The notes: generated by a model from the sequence alone, not told the origin. A stretch of DNA of 64,000 nucleotides from Psilocybe cubensis (GCA_017499595.2 CM039004.1:1-64000), one strand, 5' to 3'; positions 1-10,674 are shown, counted from the first letter of the stretch. Program-made: numbers and translations.

Positions 1-206
1 AACCCTAAACCCTAAACCCTAAACCCTAAACCCTAAACCCTAAACCCTAAACCCTAAACCCTAAACCCTAAACCCTAAACCCTAAACCCTAAACCCTAAA
101 CCCTAAACCCTAAACCCTAAACCCTAAACCCTAAACCCTAAACCCTAAACCCTAAAACCCTAAAACCCTAAACCCTAAACCCTAAACCCTAAACCCTAAA
201 CCCTAA
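1..206 (+). repeat. Terminal telomere tract (CCCTAAA)n, i.e. TTTAGGG on the minus strand
   Basis: About 29 near-perfect CCCTAAA units from base 1, with two CCCTAAAA variants near 150-170, joined directly to retroelement coding sequence. Confidence 0.97.
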
Positions 207-225
207 TAACAACTATGTTATTACG

Positions 226-2046
226 ATGACAGATAAGAATCTTGGCCTCGCGGTGTCTGAACGCGACTGGATATTAAGGAATGAGCTCAATCTTCTTGAA
301 GATGAACGTAACTATGAAGAGTTAGAATTCGAAGTTGCGCAAGAAGTAATGAAGAGCAAAATGATCCAGATGCAAACTCTTGCACGTACCGTCGAAGATG
401 AACATCTGTTTCTATTTGAACTTGGGTTGTCTCGATTCTTTCTATCGAATGTACCGGAAGACGGATCATCGTTCAAGTATCCTCAATTTCATGGTATACC
501 TAAAATCCACAAAAAACCTACTGGATTTAGGCCCATAATTCCGTGTCACTCTGTAGTATTTAATCCTGCAGCCAAGTTTGTATCAAAAGAGCTTAAGCCG
601 ATTATTAAATCGACTCCTTCAATCATTCACGGAACGAAGGATCTCTTTACGAGATTAAGCCAATTGCGTATAGACCCCAAACGACAATGGTATTTTGTCA
701 CCGGGGATGTAGTTGCTTTCTATCCCAATATTCCGTTGGACTTGTGCATCGAAATCGTTTGTAATATGTACGAGGAATGGTTACTCAACGCTTCGGAAGA
801 AAACACTGCATTAGCCCATATTAATCCAAATTCGTTAGAGAATAACTTGGTTAAATTGGGCATCTTTAAACGTGCTATCGAGATTGGCAATACGCAATTG
901 ATAACACAACATGGGTCTAGATATTTTAGACAAAAAAATGGCCTCGCAATGGGCGTCGCGGATTCTCCGGACCTTGCTAACCTCTTTGGAGCCCATTTTG
1001 AAATAAAGTCAAAAATCTTAGACCACCCAAACGTGGCCTTCTATGGAAGGTACATCGACGATTGTTTCGCAATTGTTTACGCCGAGTCCGAAGCACTTGC
1101 ACTTAATCTTATTAAAGAAACAATAAAGTTCGATGGTTGTGTTATCGAATGGGCTGTTTCCTCGTCGGGATGTCAATTTCTCGATGCTTTCATATTCAAG
1201 GAGTCTGGAAAACTTCATTGGAAGCCATTTGTCAAGACAGGAAACAACCGAGAACGAGTTCCATGGGTATCACATCATCCTTTGGACGTCAAACGTGGCG
1301 TCTACATTGGAGAGTTATCCAGGTTAGCCGTGCTATGTAGTACCAAGGAAATCTACATCGGAGCAATTAGAGACCTTAACGCTCTCTATTTGATGCGCGG
1401 TTATCCCGAAAACCTAGTCATGTCTTGGTGTAAGAAGAATATACAAGAACGTTGGGAAAAGCGATTCGCTTTACGAGTCGCAGAGCACGACGAATCCATT
1501 CTTGTACTTAAAACCAGATTTGATCAGGTATGGAATTGGTTTTCAGCTGCTGAACTTGGAAAAACTGTTACCGAGTACTGGTCGGCATGGTATGAACATG
1601 CCGAGAAAGGTTTGTATAGTGCAGACTCGTCCAGACCCCTTATCAAACCAGATCCAAATTACGTTCACGACCTCGATGATGTTCGCCCGGAGCTGTTCAC
1701 ACAGATCCTCGTGGACGGAGAAACTGAGTTCGTACCGGATTTGAGGAAGATAGGACTACTCGGAAGTCGTTGGATAGTATCGCGAAAACGCAATACTAAT
1801 CTTTTCGACCTTGCAAATGTGTGGAAGAAAACAGTCTTTCGTAAACTGGATGAAGACATCGCTGAAAAAGGTGGTGTTGTTCCCGAAACTCAAAACGTTA
1901 ATGAAACTTATCATTCTGCTTTAGTTGAAGCTGCTGAACAGATAAGTATCGAAAGTGATAACGAGATAATACTTCATAGACGTTCAATCTCACAAGAGAG
2001 GGAACATCCAGAATTCGGCAGAATATCCAAATCTTACAACCGATGA
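226..2046 (+). CDS. PLE reverse transcriptase, 5'-truncated
   Basis: DKNLG, PKIHK..RPII, GDVVAFYPNI, GLAMG, RYIDD, FLD and RGYP motifs; no GIY-YIG motif seen in the C-terminus. Confidence 0.9.
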   Translation: MTDKNLGLAVSERDWILRNELNLLEDERNYEELEFEVAQEVMKSKMIQMQTLARTVEDEHLFLFELGLSRFFLSNVPEDGSSFKYPQFHGIPKIHKKPTGFRPIIPCHSVVFNPAAKFVSKELKPIIKSTPSIIHGTKDLFTRLSQLRIDPKRQWYFVTGDVVAFYPNIPLDLCIEIVCNMYEEWLLNASEENTALAHINPNSLENNLVKLGIFKRAIEIGNTQLITQHGSRYFRQKNGLAMGVADSPDLANLFGAHFEIKSKILDHPNVAFYGRYIDDCFAIVYAESEALALNLIKETIKFDGCVIEWAVSSSGCQFLDAFIFKESGKLHWKPFVKTGNNRERVPWVSHHPLDVKRGVYIGELSRLAVLCSTKEIYIGAIRDLNALYLMRGYPENLVMSWCKKNIQERWEKRFALRVAEHDESILVLKTRFDQVWNWFSAAELGKTVTEYWSAWYEHAEKGLYSADSSRPLIKPDPNYVHDLDDVRPELFTQILVDGETEFVPDLRKIGLLGSRWIVSRKRNTNLFDLANVWKKTVFRKLDEDIAEKGGVVPETQNVNETYHSALVEAAEQISIESDNEIILHRRSISQEREHPEFGRISKSYNR

Positions 2047-2749
2047 AAAGAATACTAGCGCGTAAGGCGTAAAGCATTAGAAAAAAACCCTAACCGTAAG
2101 TATTCCTTGCTACAAAGTAACAAACATCTACTTACAAGCAACACATTGGATTAAATAGCTAAACCTAAACCTAAACCCTAAACCCTAAACCCTAAGCCCT
2201 AACCTAACCCCAACCCTAAGCTAACTAAGTCTAACCTTAGTAGGAAGTAAGGTAGGCGTGTGAACTTCCGAAAGGCATGTGATTGTGAAGGGCCGGATCT
2301 AATTTAGTACATGGGAAAAGTTACTTAGTACCTCGGGAAAAGTTCCTTAGTACCGTGGAAACACTTTTGATGGACCGGATCATGAACTGTCCAATTAAGA
2401 TTCACAACAATCAATCAATTGATTGTTAGGTAAGGACCCAGGTAAGCTATTTATACTCTTGACATGAGAATATTCCCATGTCACGGTTACTCGGAGCCAC
2501 GTAACCAGAGTATTTTATATCCATGTGATTCACATCACAGTCAATAACCCACGATGTCAAAGAACAAAAGTGTTGGATCCACTTTTGACAGGTTACCATG
2601 TGCCACATCGACCCGTGACACTCTGTTCATCAGAGATCTGTCTAACTTGACAATAAACATTGACAGATTTGTGATAGTCGGTAAGATACATGACAGCTGC
2701 GCAGCATCACTTCACGCGCTGTCATCGGATGTTCCAGAACATTCCTTCT

Positions 2750-2825
2750 AAGAATAGCCACTGAAGAGTCTATAAAGACGAAAGGGCTGGCTGCTGATAA
2801 CAATCAACAGCCCTCTGGCCTTCTT
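2750..2825 (+). ncRNA. Type I hammerhead ribozyme (stem III variant alpha), predicted cleavage after C2815
   Basis: GCCA-CTGAAGA-GTC(TATAAA)GAC-GAAA-GGGCTG...CAGCCC-TC-TGGC: stem I, CUGANGA, stem II, GAAA, stem III, UH. Confidence 0.9.
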
Positions 2826-3233
2826 TCCATTTAACTCACAGTTTAAACAAGTCGCTCGCACCTCGCTTCGCTCGGTGCTCGCTCCCCCCCTAAACCCTAA
2901 ACCCTAAACCCTTCACCCATAATTCTGGATACTAATTACTATTCTAATTACCCAGACTTTGTCTGGCCAGAATTCGTCCAAGGCTCCTCAACCTCAGGCC
3001 AAGAAAGCTGGCCCTTCGAAATTCAAACCCTCGTCGACGCCTTCGCAGAAGAAGCCCCAAACCAAGGCTTCCAACAAGGTCGACAACAAGAAGAAAGGGA
3101 AGGGGAGAGCTCCCGTCAAGAACGATCCAAAGGGAAAGGGAAAGGCAAGAGCCTAGACGCGCGGTCTAATGTAGTACCTTTTACGTCGGTAAGACCCGCC
3201 TTCCCCAACTCTATTCCTGACGATATACTCACC

Positions 3234-5531
3234 ATGACTAAAACAGACGCAGTTTCTTTTGTACACTTACATACGCCGATCTCATTCTTGTTGGCTGGCC
3301 AGTATCGTAGTAGTGTACACTGTAGTCCTGGTGTGGTGGTCCCTGTAGATATAGCAAATGATTTGTCACTCGGACTCAATTATATGTTTTTTACTCTGCC
3401 TTCTCAAAGTCTGATCATGCAAGCATGGAATGATTTTCAACGAAGAATAAGATGGCGTATCTATTTTTTGTTTAAGGAAGGCATGAACAAACCTTTTGAT
3501 CCAGATTACGGAGTAAGCTCAAAAAAGAAAGAGAAACCTCCAGTATTACCGCAATACATGGAACTTGGCCTTTCGATGGGACGTCGGTACGTGCAACGCA
3601 CGATCGCAAGTATCCCGGAAGAAGCCCTTACGGAGATGCGAAAGCACGCGTTCTCTCCTAAAAGGGACAAGATCCGTAAGTTTCTTATCGATAACAACTA
3701 TGTTATTACGATGACAGATAAGAATCTTGGCCTCGCGGTGTCTGAACGCGACTGGATATTAAGGAATGAGCTCAATCTTCTTGAAGATGAACGTAACTAT
3801 GAAGAGTTAGAATTCGAAGTTGCGCAAGAAGTAATGAAGAGCAAAATGATCCAGATGCAAACTCTTGCACGTACCGTCGAAGATGAACATCTGTTTCTAT
3901 TTGAACTTGGGTTGTCTCGATTCTTTCTATCGAATGTACCGGAAGACGGATCATCGTTCAAGTATCCTCAATTTCATGGTATACCTAAAATCCACAAAAA
4001 ACCTACTGGATTTAGGCCCATAATTCCGTGTCACTCTGTAGTATTTAATCCTGCAGCCAAGTTTGTATCAAAAGAGCTTAAGCCGATTATTAAATCGACT
4101 CCTTCAATCATTCACGGAACGAAGGATCTCTTTACGAGATTAAGCCAATTGCGTATAGACCCCAAACGACAATGGTATTTTGTCACCGGGGATGTAGTTG
4201 CTTTCTATCCCAATATTCCGTTGGACTTGTGCATCGAAATCGTTTGTAATATGTACGAGGAATGGTTACTCAACGCTTCGGAAGAAAACACTGCATTAGC
4301 CCATATTAATCCAAATTCGTTAGAGAATAACTTGGTTAAATTGGGCATCTTTAAACGTGCTATCGAGATTGGCAATACGCAATTGATAACACAACATGGG
4401 TCTAGATATTTTAGACAAAAAAATGGCCTCGCAATGGGCGTCGCGGATTCTCCGGACCTTGCTAACCTCTTTGGAGCCCATTTTGAAATAAAGTCAAAAA
4501 TCTTAGACCACCCAAACGTGGCCTTCTATGGAAGGTACATCGACGATTGTTTCGCAATTGTTTACGCCGAGTCCGAAGCACTTGCACTTAATCTTATTAA
4601 AGAAACAATAAAGTTCGATGGTTGTGTTATCGAATGGGCTGTTTCCTCGTCGGGATGTCAATTTCTCGATGCTTTCATATTCAAGGAGTCTGGAAAACTT
4701 CATTGGAAGCCATTTGTCAAGACAGGAAACAACCGAGAACGAGTTCCATGGGTATCACATCATCCTTTGGACGTCAAACGTGGCGTCTACATTGGAGAGT
4801 TATCCAGGTTAGCCGTGCTATGTAGTACCAAGGAAATCTACATCGGAGCAATTAGAGACCTTAACGCTCTCTATTTGATGCGCGGTTATCCCGAAAACCT
4901 AGTCATGTCTTGGTGTAAGAAGAATATACAAGAACGTTGGGAAAAGCGATTCGCTTTACGAGTCGCAGAGCACGACGAATCCATTCTTGTACTTAAAACC
5001 AGATTTGATCAGGTATGGAATTGGTTTTCAGCTGCTGAACTTGGAAAAACTGTTACCGAGTACTGGTCGGCATGGTATGAACATGCCGAGAAAGGTTTGT
5101 ATAGTGCAGACTCGTCCAGACCCCTTATCAAACCAGATCCAAATTACGTTCACGACCTCGATGATGTTCGCCCGGAGCTGTTCACACAGATCCTCGTGGA
5201 CGGAGAAACTGAGTTCGTACCGGATTTGAGGAAGATAGGACTACTCGGAAGTCGTTGGATAGTATCGCGAAAACGCAATACTAATCTTTTCGACCTTGCA
5301 AATGTGTGGAAGAAAACAGTCTTTCGTAAACTGGATGAAGACATCGCTGAAAAAGGTGGTGTTGTTCCCGAAACTCAAAACGTTAATGAAACTTATCATT
5401 CTGCTTTAGTTGAAGCTGCTGAACAGATAAGTATCGAAAGTGATAACGAGATAATACTTCATAGACGTTCAATCTCACAAGAGAGGGAACATCCAGAATT
5501 CGGCAGAATATCCAAATCTTACAACCGATGA
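3234..5531 (+). CDS. PLE reverse transcriptase (RT part of a truncated ORF)
   Basis: 765-aa ORF with the same RT motifs as A1. Confidence 0.9.
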   Translation: MTKTDAVSFVHLHTPISFLLAGQYRSSVHCSPGVVVPVDIANDLSLGLNYMFFTLPSQSLIMQAWNDFQRRIRWRIYFLFKEGMNKPFDPDYGVSSKKKEKPPVLPQYMELGLSMGRRYVQRTIASIPEEALTEMRKHAFSPKRDKIRKFLIDNNYVITMTDKNLGLAVSERDWILRNELNLLEDERNYEELEFEVAQEVMKSKMIQMQTLARTVEDEHLFLFELGLSRFFLSNVPEDGSSFKYPQFHGIPKIHKKPTGFRPIIPCHSVVFNPAAKFVSKELKPIIKSTPSIIHGTKDLFTRLSQLRIDPKRQWYFVTGDVVAFYPNIPLDLCIEIVCNMYEEWLLNASEENTALAHINPNSLENNLVKLGIFKRAIEIGNTQLITQHGSRYFRQKNGLAMGVADSPDLANLFGAHFEIKSKILDHPNVAFYGRYIDDCFAIVYAESEALALNLIKETIKFDGCVIEWAVSSSGCQFLDAFIFKESGKLHWKPFVKTGNNRERVPWVSHHPLDVKRGVYIGELSRLAVLCSTKEIYIGAIRDLNALYLMRGYPENLVMSWCKKNIQERWEKRFALRVAEHDESILVLKTRFDQVWNWFSAAELGKTVTEYWSAWYEHAEKGLYSADSSRPLIKPDPNYVHDLDDVRPELFTQILVDGETEFVPDLRKIGLLGSRWIVSRKRNTNLFDLANVWKKTVFRKLDEDIAEKGGVVPETQNVNETYHSALVEAAEQISIESDNEIILHRRSISQEREHPEFGRISKSYNR

Positions 5532-6234
5532 AAAGAATACTAGCGCGTAAGGCGTAAAGCATTAGAAAAAAACCCTAACCGTAAGTATTCCTTGCTACAA
5601 AGTAACAAACATCTACTTACAAGCAACACATTGGATTAAATAGCTAAACCTAAACCTAAACCCTAAACCCTAAACCCTAAGCCCTAACCTAACCCCAACC
5701 CTAAGCTAACTAAGTCTAACCTTAGTAGGAAGTAAGGTAGGCGTGTGAACTTCCGAAAGGCATGTGATTGTGAAGGGCCGGATCTAATTTAGTACATGGG
5801 AAAAGTTACTTAGTACCTCGGGAAAAGTTCCTTAGTACCGTGGAAACATTTTTGATGGACCGGATCATGAACTGTCCAATTAAGATTCACAACAATCAAT
5901 CAATTGATTGTTAGGTAAGGACCCAGGTAAGCTATTTATACTCTTGACATGAGAATATTCCCATGTCACGGTTACTCGGAGCCACGTAACCAGAGTATTT
6001 TATATCCATGTGATTCACATCACAGTCAATAACCCACGATGTCAAAGAACAAAAGTGTTGGATCCACTTTTGACAGGTTACCATGTGCCACATCGACCCG
6101 TGACACTCTGTTCATCAGAGATCTGTCTAACTTGACAATAAACATTGACAGATTTGTGATAGTCGGTAAGATACATGACAGCTGCGCAGCATCACTTCAC
6201 GCGCTGTCATCGGATGTTCCAGAACATTCCTTCT

Positions 6235-6310
6235 AAGAATAGCCACTGAAGAGTCTATAAAGACGAAAGGGCTGGCTGCTGATAACAATCAACAGCCCTC
6301 TGGCCTTCTT
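6235..6310 (+). ncRNA. Hammerhead ribozyme (alpha), cleavage after C6300
   Basis: Same core as 2750-2825. Confidence 0.9.
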
Positions 6311-6960
6311 TCCATTTAACTCACAGTTTAAACAAGTCGCTCGCACCTCGCTTCGCTCGGTGCTCGCTCCCCCCCTAAACCCTAAACCCTAAACCCTAAA
6401 CCCTAACCTAACCCCAACCCTAAGCTAACTAAGTCTAACCTTAGTAGGAAGTAAGGTAGGCGTGTGAACTTCCGAACGGCATGTGATTGTGAAGGGCCGG
6501 ATCTAATTTAGTACATGGGAAAAGTTACTTAGTACTTCGGGAAAAGTTCCTTAGTACCGTGGAAACATTTTTGATGGACCGGATCATGAACTGTCCAATT
6601 AAGATTCACAACAATCAATCATTCTATTGTTTGATTGTTAGGTAAGGACCCAGGTAAGCTATTTATACTCTAGACATGTGAATATTCCCATGTCGCGGTT
6701 ACTCGGAGCCACGTAACCAGAGTAATCTATATCCATGTGATTCACATCACAGTCAATAACCCACGATGTCAAAGAACAAAAGTGTTGGATCCACTTTTGA
6801 CAGGTTACCATGTGCCACATCGACCCGTGACACTCTGTTCATCAGAGACCTGTCTAACTTGACAATAAACATTGACAGATTTGTGATAGTCGGTAAGATA
6901 CATGACAGCTGCGCAGCATCACTTCACGCGCTGTCATCGGATGTCTAGAACATTCCTTCT

Positions 6961-7035
6961 AAGAATAGCCACTGAAGAGTCTATAAAGACGAAAGGGCTG
7001 GTTGTTGGGATCCCCCAACAGCCCTCTGGCCTTCT
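6961..7035 (+). ncRNA. Hammerhead ribozyme (stem III variant beta), cleavage after C7026
   Basis: CTGAAGA GTC..GAC GAAA GGGCTGGTTGTTGGGATCCCCCAACAGCCC TC TGGC. Confidence 0.9.
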
Positions 7036-7140
7036 TTCTATTTCAAACTCACAGTTTAAACTAGTCGCTCGCACCTCGCTTCGCTCGGTGCTCGCTCCCC
7101 CCCCTAAACCCAACGACTTTGCTATCACCCATCAGTTACC

Positions 7141-10100
7141 ATGTCATCCCAATACTCTGCTGCATTCTCTCGTGCCATGTCCCCTACCCTGGACGCACTC
7201 ACCCAGGCCGTCGTCAACAACACTGTCTTCGGCGTCAACGATGAAGCAGGCCGCCATAACGCTCTTATCGACGAGCTGGCCACTGTGGTCATCAAAAAAA
7301 TAGCTGAGTGCCGCTCCGTTGACCAAGTCATAGACTGCGTCTTTTTTGACTATCGTGCTGCCCTCAGGGAGTTTCTCCTCAACCTCGCATCGTGGTGCGA
7401 CAAGAGGGAAACAGTCAAGGCTAGCCTCGAGCGCCTTGAATCTGCCGTTAGCGCAGGCAACACGCCCAATCGCCTTAAGGTGAAGGCACCCGAGTTCCAA
7501 CTTACGAAGGAATTCGCGGATGCCGGGTCAGCGGAGGCTCTTCGAGTCTCCACTACGTTCTCTTCCGCTCGTGATGCCTTCCAAAAGGCAATTAACGACG
7601 GCGCCGTTCAGGCGAAAAAGGACGAGCTGGCTTTTTGGGATGATAAATGCGCGCTCAACTCTTGCTACGAAGCTGCTGCCCTCATCGTTAAGGCAACTTA
7701 CGATGATCGCAAATCCAGCTACAAGCTCCCTGTTTTCTCTACAGACAACAAGGGAGTTCGACGTATAGCAGAGTGGGTAGTGTCTCCGCAAAAGAAAGCC
7801 GAATGCAGTGCGCTGCAAACTATACTGCCGGCGATCTTTTCTCATATCAAACAGATTGTCAACATGCGCCACCGCGCCTTGGCAATTAAGATTGAGAAAA
7901 AGCGGACGACTGCGGCAACAGCCGATGTCGAGATGGCCGATGCGACCAAACCAGGTCCATCGATTCAATCCCTTATTGATAAGGGCTTGAATGCACGTCT
8001 CAAAAAGCTCAACCTTGGATCTGTGGGCAAGAAGGCAAGTTTTCGTAACCCTTCACCCATAATTCTGGACACTAATTATTACTCTAATTACCCAGACTTT
8101 GTCTGGCCAGAATTCGTCCAAGGCTCCTCAACCTCAGGCCAGGAAAGCTGGCCCTTCGAAACCCAAGTCGTCGTCGACGCCTTCGCAGAGGAAGCCTCAA
8201 ACCAAGGCTTCCAACAAGGTCGACAACAAGAAGAAAGGGAAGGGGAGAGCTCCCGTCAAGAACAACGATCCAAAGGGAAAGGGAAAGGCAAGAGCCTAGA
8301 CGCGCGGTCTACTGTAGCATCATTTACGTCGGTGAGACCCGCCTTCCCCAACTCTATTCCTGACGATATACTCACCATGACTAAAACAGACGCAGTTTCT
8401 TTTGTACACCTCAATACCCCGATTTCATTCTTATTGGCTGGCCAGTATAGATCTAGTGTACACTGTAGTCCTGGTGTTTCGGTCCCTGTTGATGTAGCAA
8501 ATGATTTATCTCTTGGACTCAATTATATGTTTTTTACACTGCCTTCTAAAAATCTGATCATGCAAGCATGGAATGATTTTCAACGAAGAATAAGATGGCG
8601 TATCTATTTTTTGTTTAAAGAAGGCATGAATAAACCTTTCGATCCAGACTATGGAGTAAGCTCTAAAAAGAAAGAGAAACCTCCAATGTTACCGCAATTT
8701 ATGGAACTTGGCCTTTCAATGGGACGTCGGTACGTTATTAAAACGATCGCAAGTATCCCGGAAGAAGCCCTTAAAGAGATGCGAAAGCACGCGTTCTCTC
8801 CTAAAAGGGACAAGATCCAAAAGTTTCTTTTCGATAACAACTATGTTATTACGATGACAGATAAGAATCTTGGCCTCGCGGTGTCTGAACGCGACTGGAT
8901 ATTAAGGAATGAGCTCAATCTTCTTGAAGATGAACGCAACTACGAAGAGTTAGAATTCGAAGTTGCGCAAGAAGTTATGAAGAGCAAAATGATTCAGATG
9001 CAAACTCTCGCACGTACCGTCGAAGATGAACATCTGTTTCTATTTGAACTTGGGTTGTCTCGATTCTTTCTATCGAATGTACCGGAAGACGGATCATCGT
9101 TCAAGTATCCTCAATTTCATGGTATACCTAAAATCCACAAGAAACCTACTGGATTTAGGCCCATAATTCCGTGTCACTCTGTAGTATTTAATCCTGCAGC
9201 CAAGTTTGTATCAAAAGAGCTTAAGCCGATTATTAAATCGACTCCTTCAATCATTCACGGAACGAAGGATCTCTTTACGAGATTAAGCCAATTGCGTATA
9301 GACCCCAAACGACAATGGTATTTTGTCACCGGGGATGTAGTTGCTTTCTATCCCAATATTCCGTTGGACTTGTGCATCGAAATCGTTTGTAATATGTACG
9401 AGGAATGGTTACTCAACGCTTCGGAAGAAAACACTGCATTAGCCCATATTAATCCAAATTCGTTAGAGAATAACTTGGTTAAATTGGGCATCTTTAAACG
9501 TGCTATCGAGATTGGCAATACGCAATTGATAACACAACATGGGTCTAGATATTTTAGACAAAAAAATGGCCTCGCAATGGGCGTCGCGGATTCTCCGGAC
9601 CTTGCTAACCTCTTTGGAGCCCATTTTGAAATAAAGTCAAAAATCTTAGACCACCCAAACGTGGCCTTCTATGGAAGGTACATCGACGATTGTTTCGCAA
9701 TTGTTTACGCCGAGTCCGAAGCACTTGCACTTAATCTTATTAAAGAAACAATAAAGTTCGATGGTTGTGTTATCGAATGGGCTGTTTCCTCGTCGGGATG
9801 TCAATTTCTCGATGCTTTCATATTCAAGGAGTCTGGAAAACTTCATTGGAAGCCATTTGTCAAGACAGGAAACAACCGAGAACGAGTTCCATGGGTATCA
9901 CATCATCCTTTGGACGTCAAACGTGGCGTCTACATTGGAGAGTTATCCAGGTTAGCCGTGCTATGTAGTACCAAGGAAATCTACATCGGAGCAATTAGAG
10001 ACCTTAACGCTCTCTATTTGATGCGCGGTTATCCCGAAAACCTAGTCATGTCTTGGTGTAAGAAGAATATACAAGAACGTTGGGAAAAGCGATTCGCTTT

Positions 10101-10674
10101 ACGAGTCGCAGAGCACGACGAATCCATTCTTGTACTTAAAACCAGATTTGATCAGGTATGGAATTGGTTTTCAGCTGCTGAACTTGGAAAGACTGTTACC
10201 GAGTACTGGTCGGCATGGTATGAACATGCCGAGAAAGGTCTGTATAGTGCAGACTCGTCCAGACCCCTTATCAAACCAGATCCAAATTACGTTCACGACC
10301 TCGATGATGTTCGCCCGGAGCTGTTCACACAGATCCTCGTGGACGGAGAAACTGAGTTCGTACCGGATTTGAGGAAGATAGGACTACTCGGAAGTCGTTG
10401 GATAGTATCGCGAAAGCGCAATACTAATCTTTTCGACCTTGCAAATGTGTGGAAGAAAACAGTCTTTCGTAAACTGGATGAAAACATCGCTGAAAAAGGT
10501 GGTGTTGTTCCCGAAACTCAAAACGTTAATGAAACTTATCATTCTGCTCTAGTTGAAGCTGCTGAACAGATAAGTATCGAAAGTGATAACGAGATAATAC
10601 TTCATAGACGTTCAATCTCACAAGAGAGGGAACATCCAGAATTCGGCAGAATATCCAAATCTTACAACCGATGA
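7141..10674 (+). CDS. PLE ORF1-RT polyprotein (1177 aa, unspliced frame)
   Basis: Helical/coiled-coil-like N-terminal ~300 aa followed by the PLE RT domain (DKNLG, GLAMG, YIDD); no endonuclease motif. Confidence 0.9.
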   Translation: MSSQYSAAFSRAMSPTLDALTQAVVNNTVFGVNDEAGRHNALIDELATVVIKKIAECRSVDQVIDCVFFDYRAALREFLLNLASWCDKRETVKASLERLESAVSAGNTPNRLKVKAPEFQLTKEFADAGSAEALRVSTTFSSARDAFQKAINDGAVQAKKDELAFWDDKCALNSCYEAAALIVKATYDDRKSSYKLPVFSTDNKGVRRIAEWVVSPQKKAECSALQTILPAIFSHIKQIVNMRHRALAIKIEKKRTTAATADVEMADATKPGPSIQSLIDKGLNARLKKLNLGSVGKKASFRNPSPIILDTNYYSNYPDFVWPEFVQGSSTSGQESWPFETQVVVDAFAEEASNQGFQQGRQQEEREGESSRQEQRSKGKGKGKSLDARSTVASFTSVRPAFPNSIPDDILTMTKTDAVSFVHLNTPISFLLAGQYRSSVHCSPGVSVPVDVANDLSLGLNYMFFTLPSKNLIMQAWNDFQRRIRWRIYFLFKEGMNKPFDPDYGVSSKKKEKPPMLPQFMELGLSMGRRYVIKTIASIPEEALKEMRKHAFSPKRDKIQKFLFDNNYVITMTDKNLGLAVSERDWILRNELNLLEDERNYEELEFEVAQEVMKSKMIQMQTLARTVEDEHLFLFELGLSRFFLSNVPEDGSSFKYPQFHGIPKIHKKPTGFRPIIPCHSVVFNPAAKFVSKELKPIIKSTPSIIHGTKDLFTRLSQLRIDPKRQWYFVTGDVVAFYPNIPLDLCIEIVCNMYEEWLLNASEENTALAHINPNSLENNLVKLGIFKRAIEIGNTQLITQHGSRYFRQKNGLAMGVADSPDLANLFGAHFEIKSKILDHPNVAFYGRYIDDCFAIVYAESEALALNLIKETIKFDGCVIEWAVSSSGCQFLDAFIFKESGKLHWKPFVKTGNNRERVPWVSHHPLDVKRGVYIGELSRLAVLCSTKEIYIGAIRDLNALYLMRGYPENLVMSWCKKNIQERWEKRFALRVAEHDESILVLKTRFDQVWNWFSAAELGKTVTEYWSAWYEHAEKGLYSADSSRPLIKPDPNYVHDLDDVRPELFTQILVDGETEFVPDLRKIGLLGSRWIVSRKRNTNLFDLANVWKKTVFRKLDENIAEKGGVVPETQNVNETYHSALVEAAEQISIESDNEIILHRRSISQEREHPEFGRISKSYNR
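8035..8095 (+). other. Predicted 61-nt GC-AG spliceosomal intron; splicing joins ORF1 to a Lys-rich tail ending at 8299
   Basis: AAG|GCAAGT donor, CTAAT branch candidates, CCCAG acceptor; phase-0 join is in frame with ORF 8099-8299. Same intron at 13178-13238 and 19257-19317. Confidence 0.7.

Larger units (their letters stand above)
206..2891 (+). mobile_element. Penelope-like (Coprina/Athena-type, EN-minus) retroelement family A, copy A1, 5'-truncated and telomere-capped
   Basis: Near-identical to the 3' part of the full-length copies; RT ORF to 2046, 3' UTR, internal telomeric tract ~2160-2200, pLTR ending in CCCCCCCTAAACCC. Confidence 0.93.
2906..6377 (+). mobile_element. PLE family A copy A2, 5'-truncated inside the ORF1 intron region
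   Basis: Begins at AACCCTTCACCC after a short telomeric tract; near-identical to copy A4 from ~13190 onward. Confidence 0.93.

Noticed and set aside
2620-2640. CTGATGA on the minus strand of the pLTR as a second, antisense hammerhead
   Set aside because: No correctly placed stem II-GAAA-stem III follows it
2554-2751. Recurring 60-65 aa ORF MSKNKSVGSTF... in every pLTR
   Set aside because: It recurs only because the pLTR is repeated; the stop position varies between variants, no motif is recognisable, and the region is better explained as structured RNA
7141-10674. Telomerase (TERT) or LINE-type RT
   Set aside because: Multi-copy with pLTRs and hammerheads, PLE-type DKNLG and GLAMG motifs, and no TERT T-motif or APE/RLE endonuclease seen
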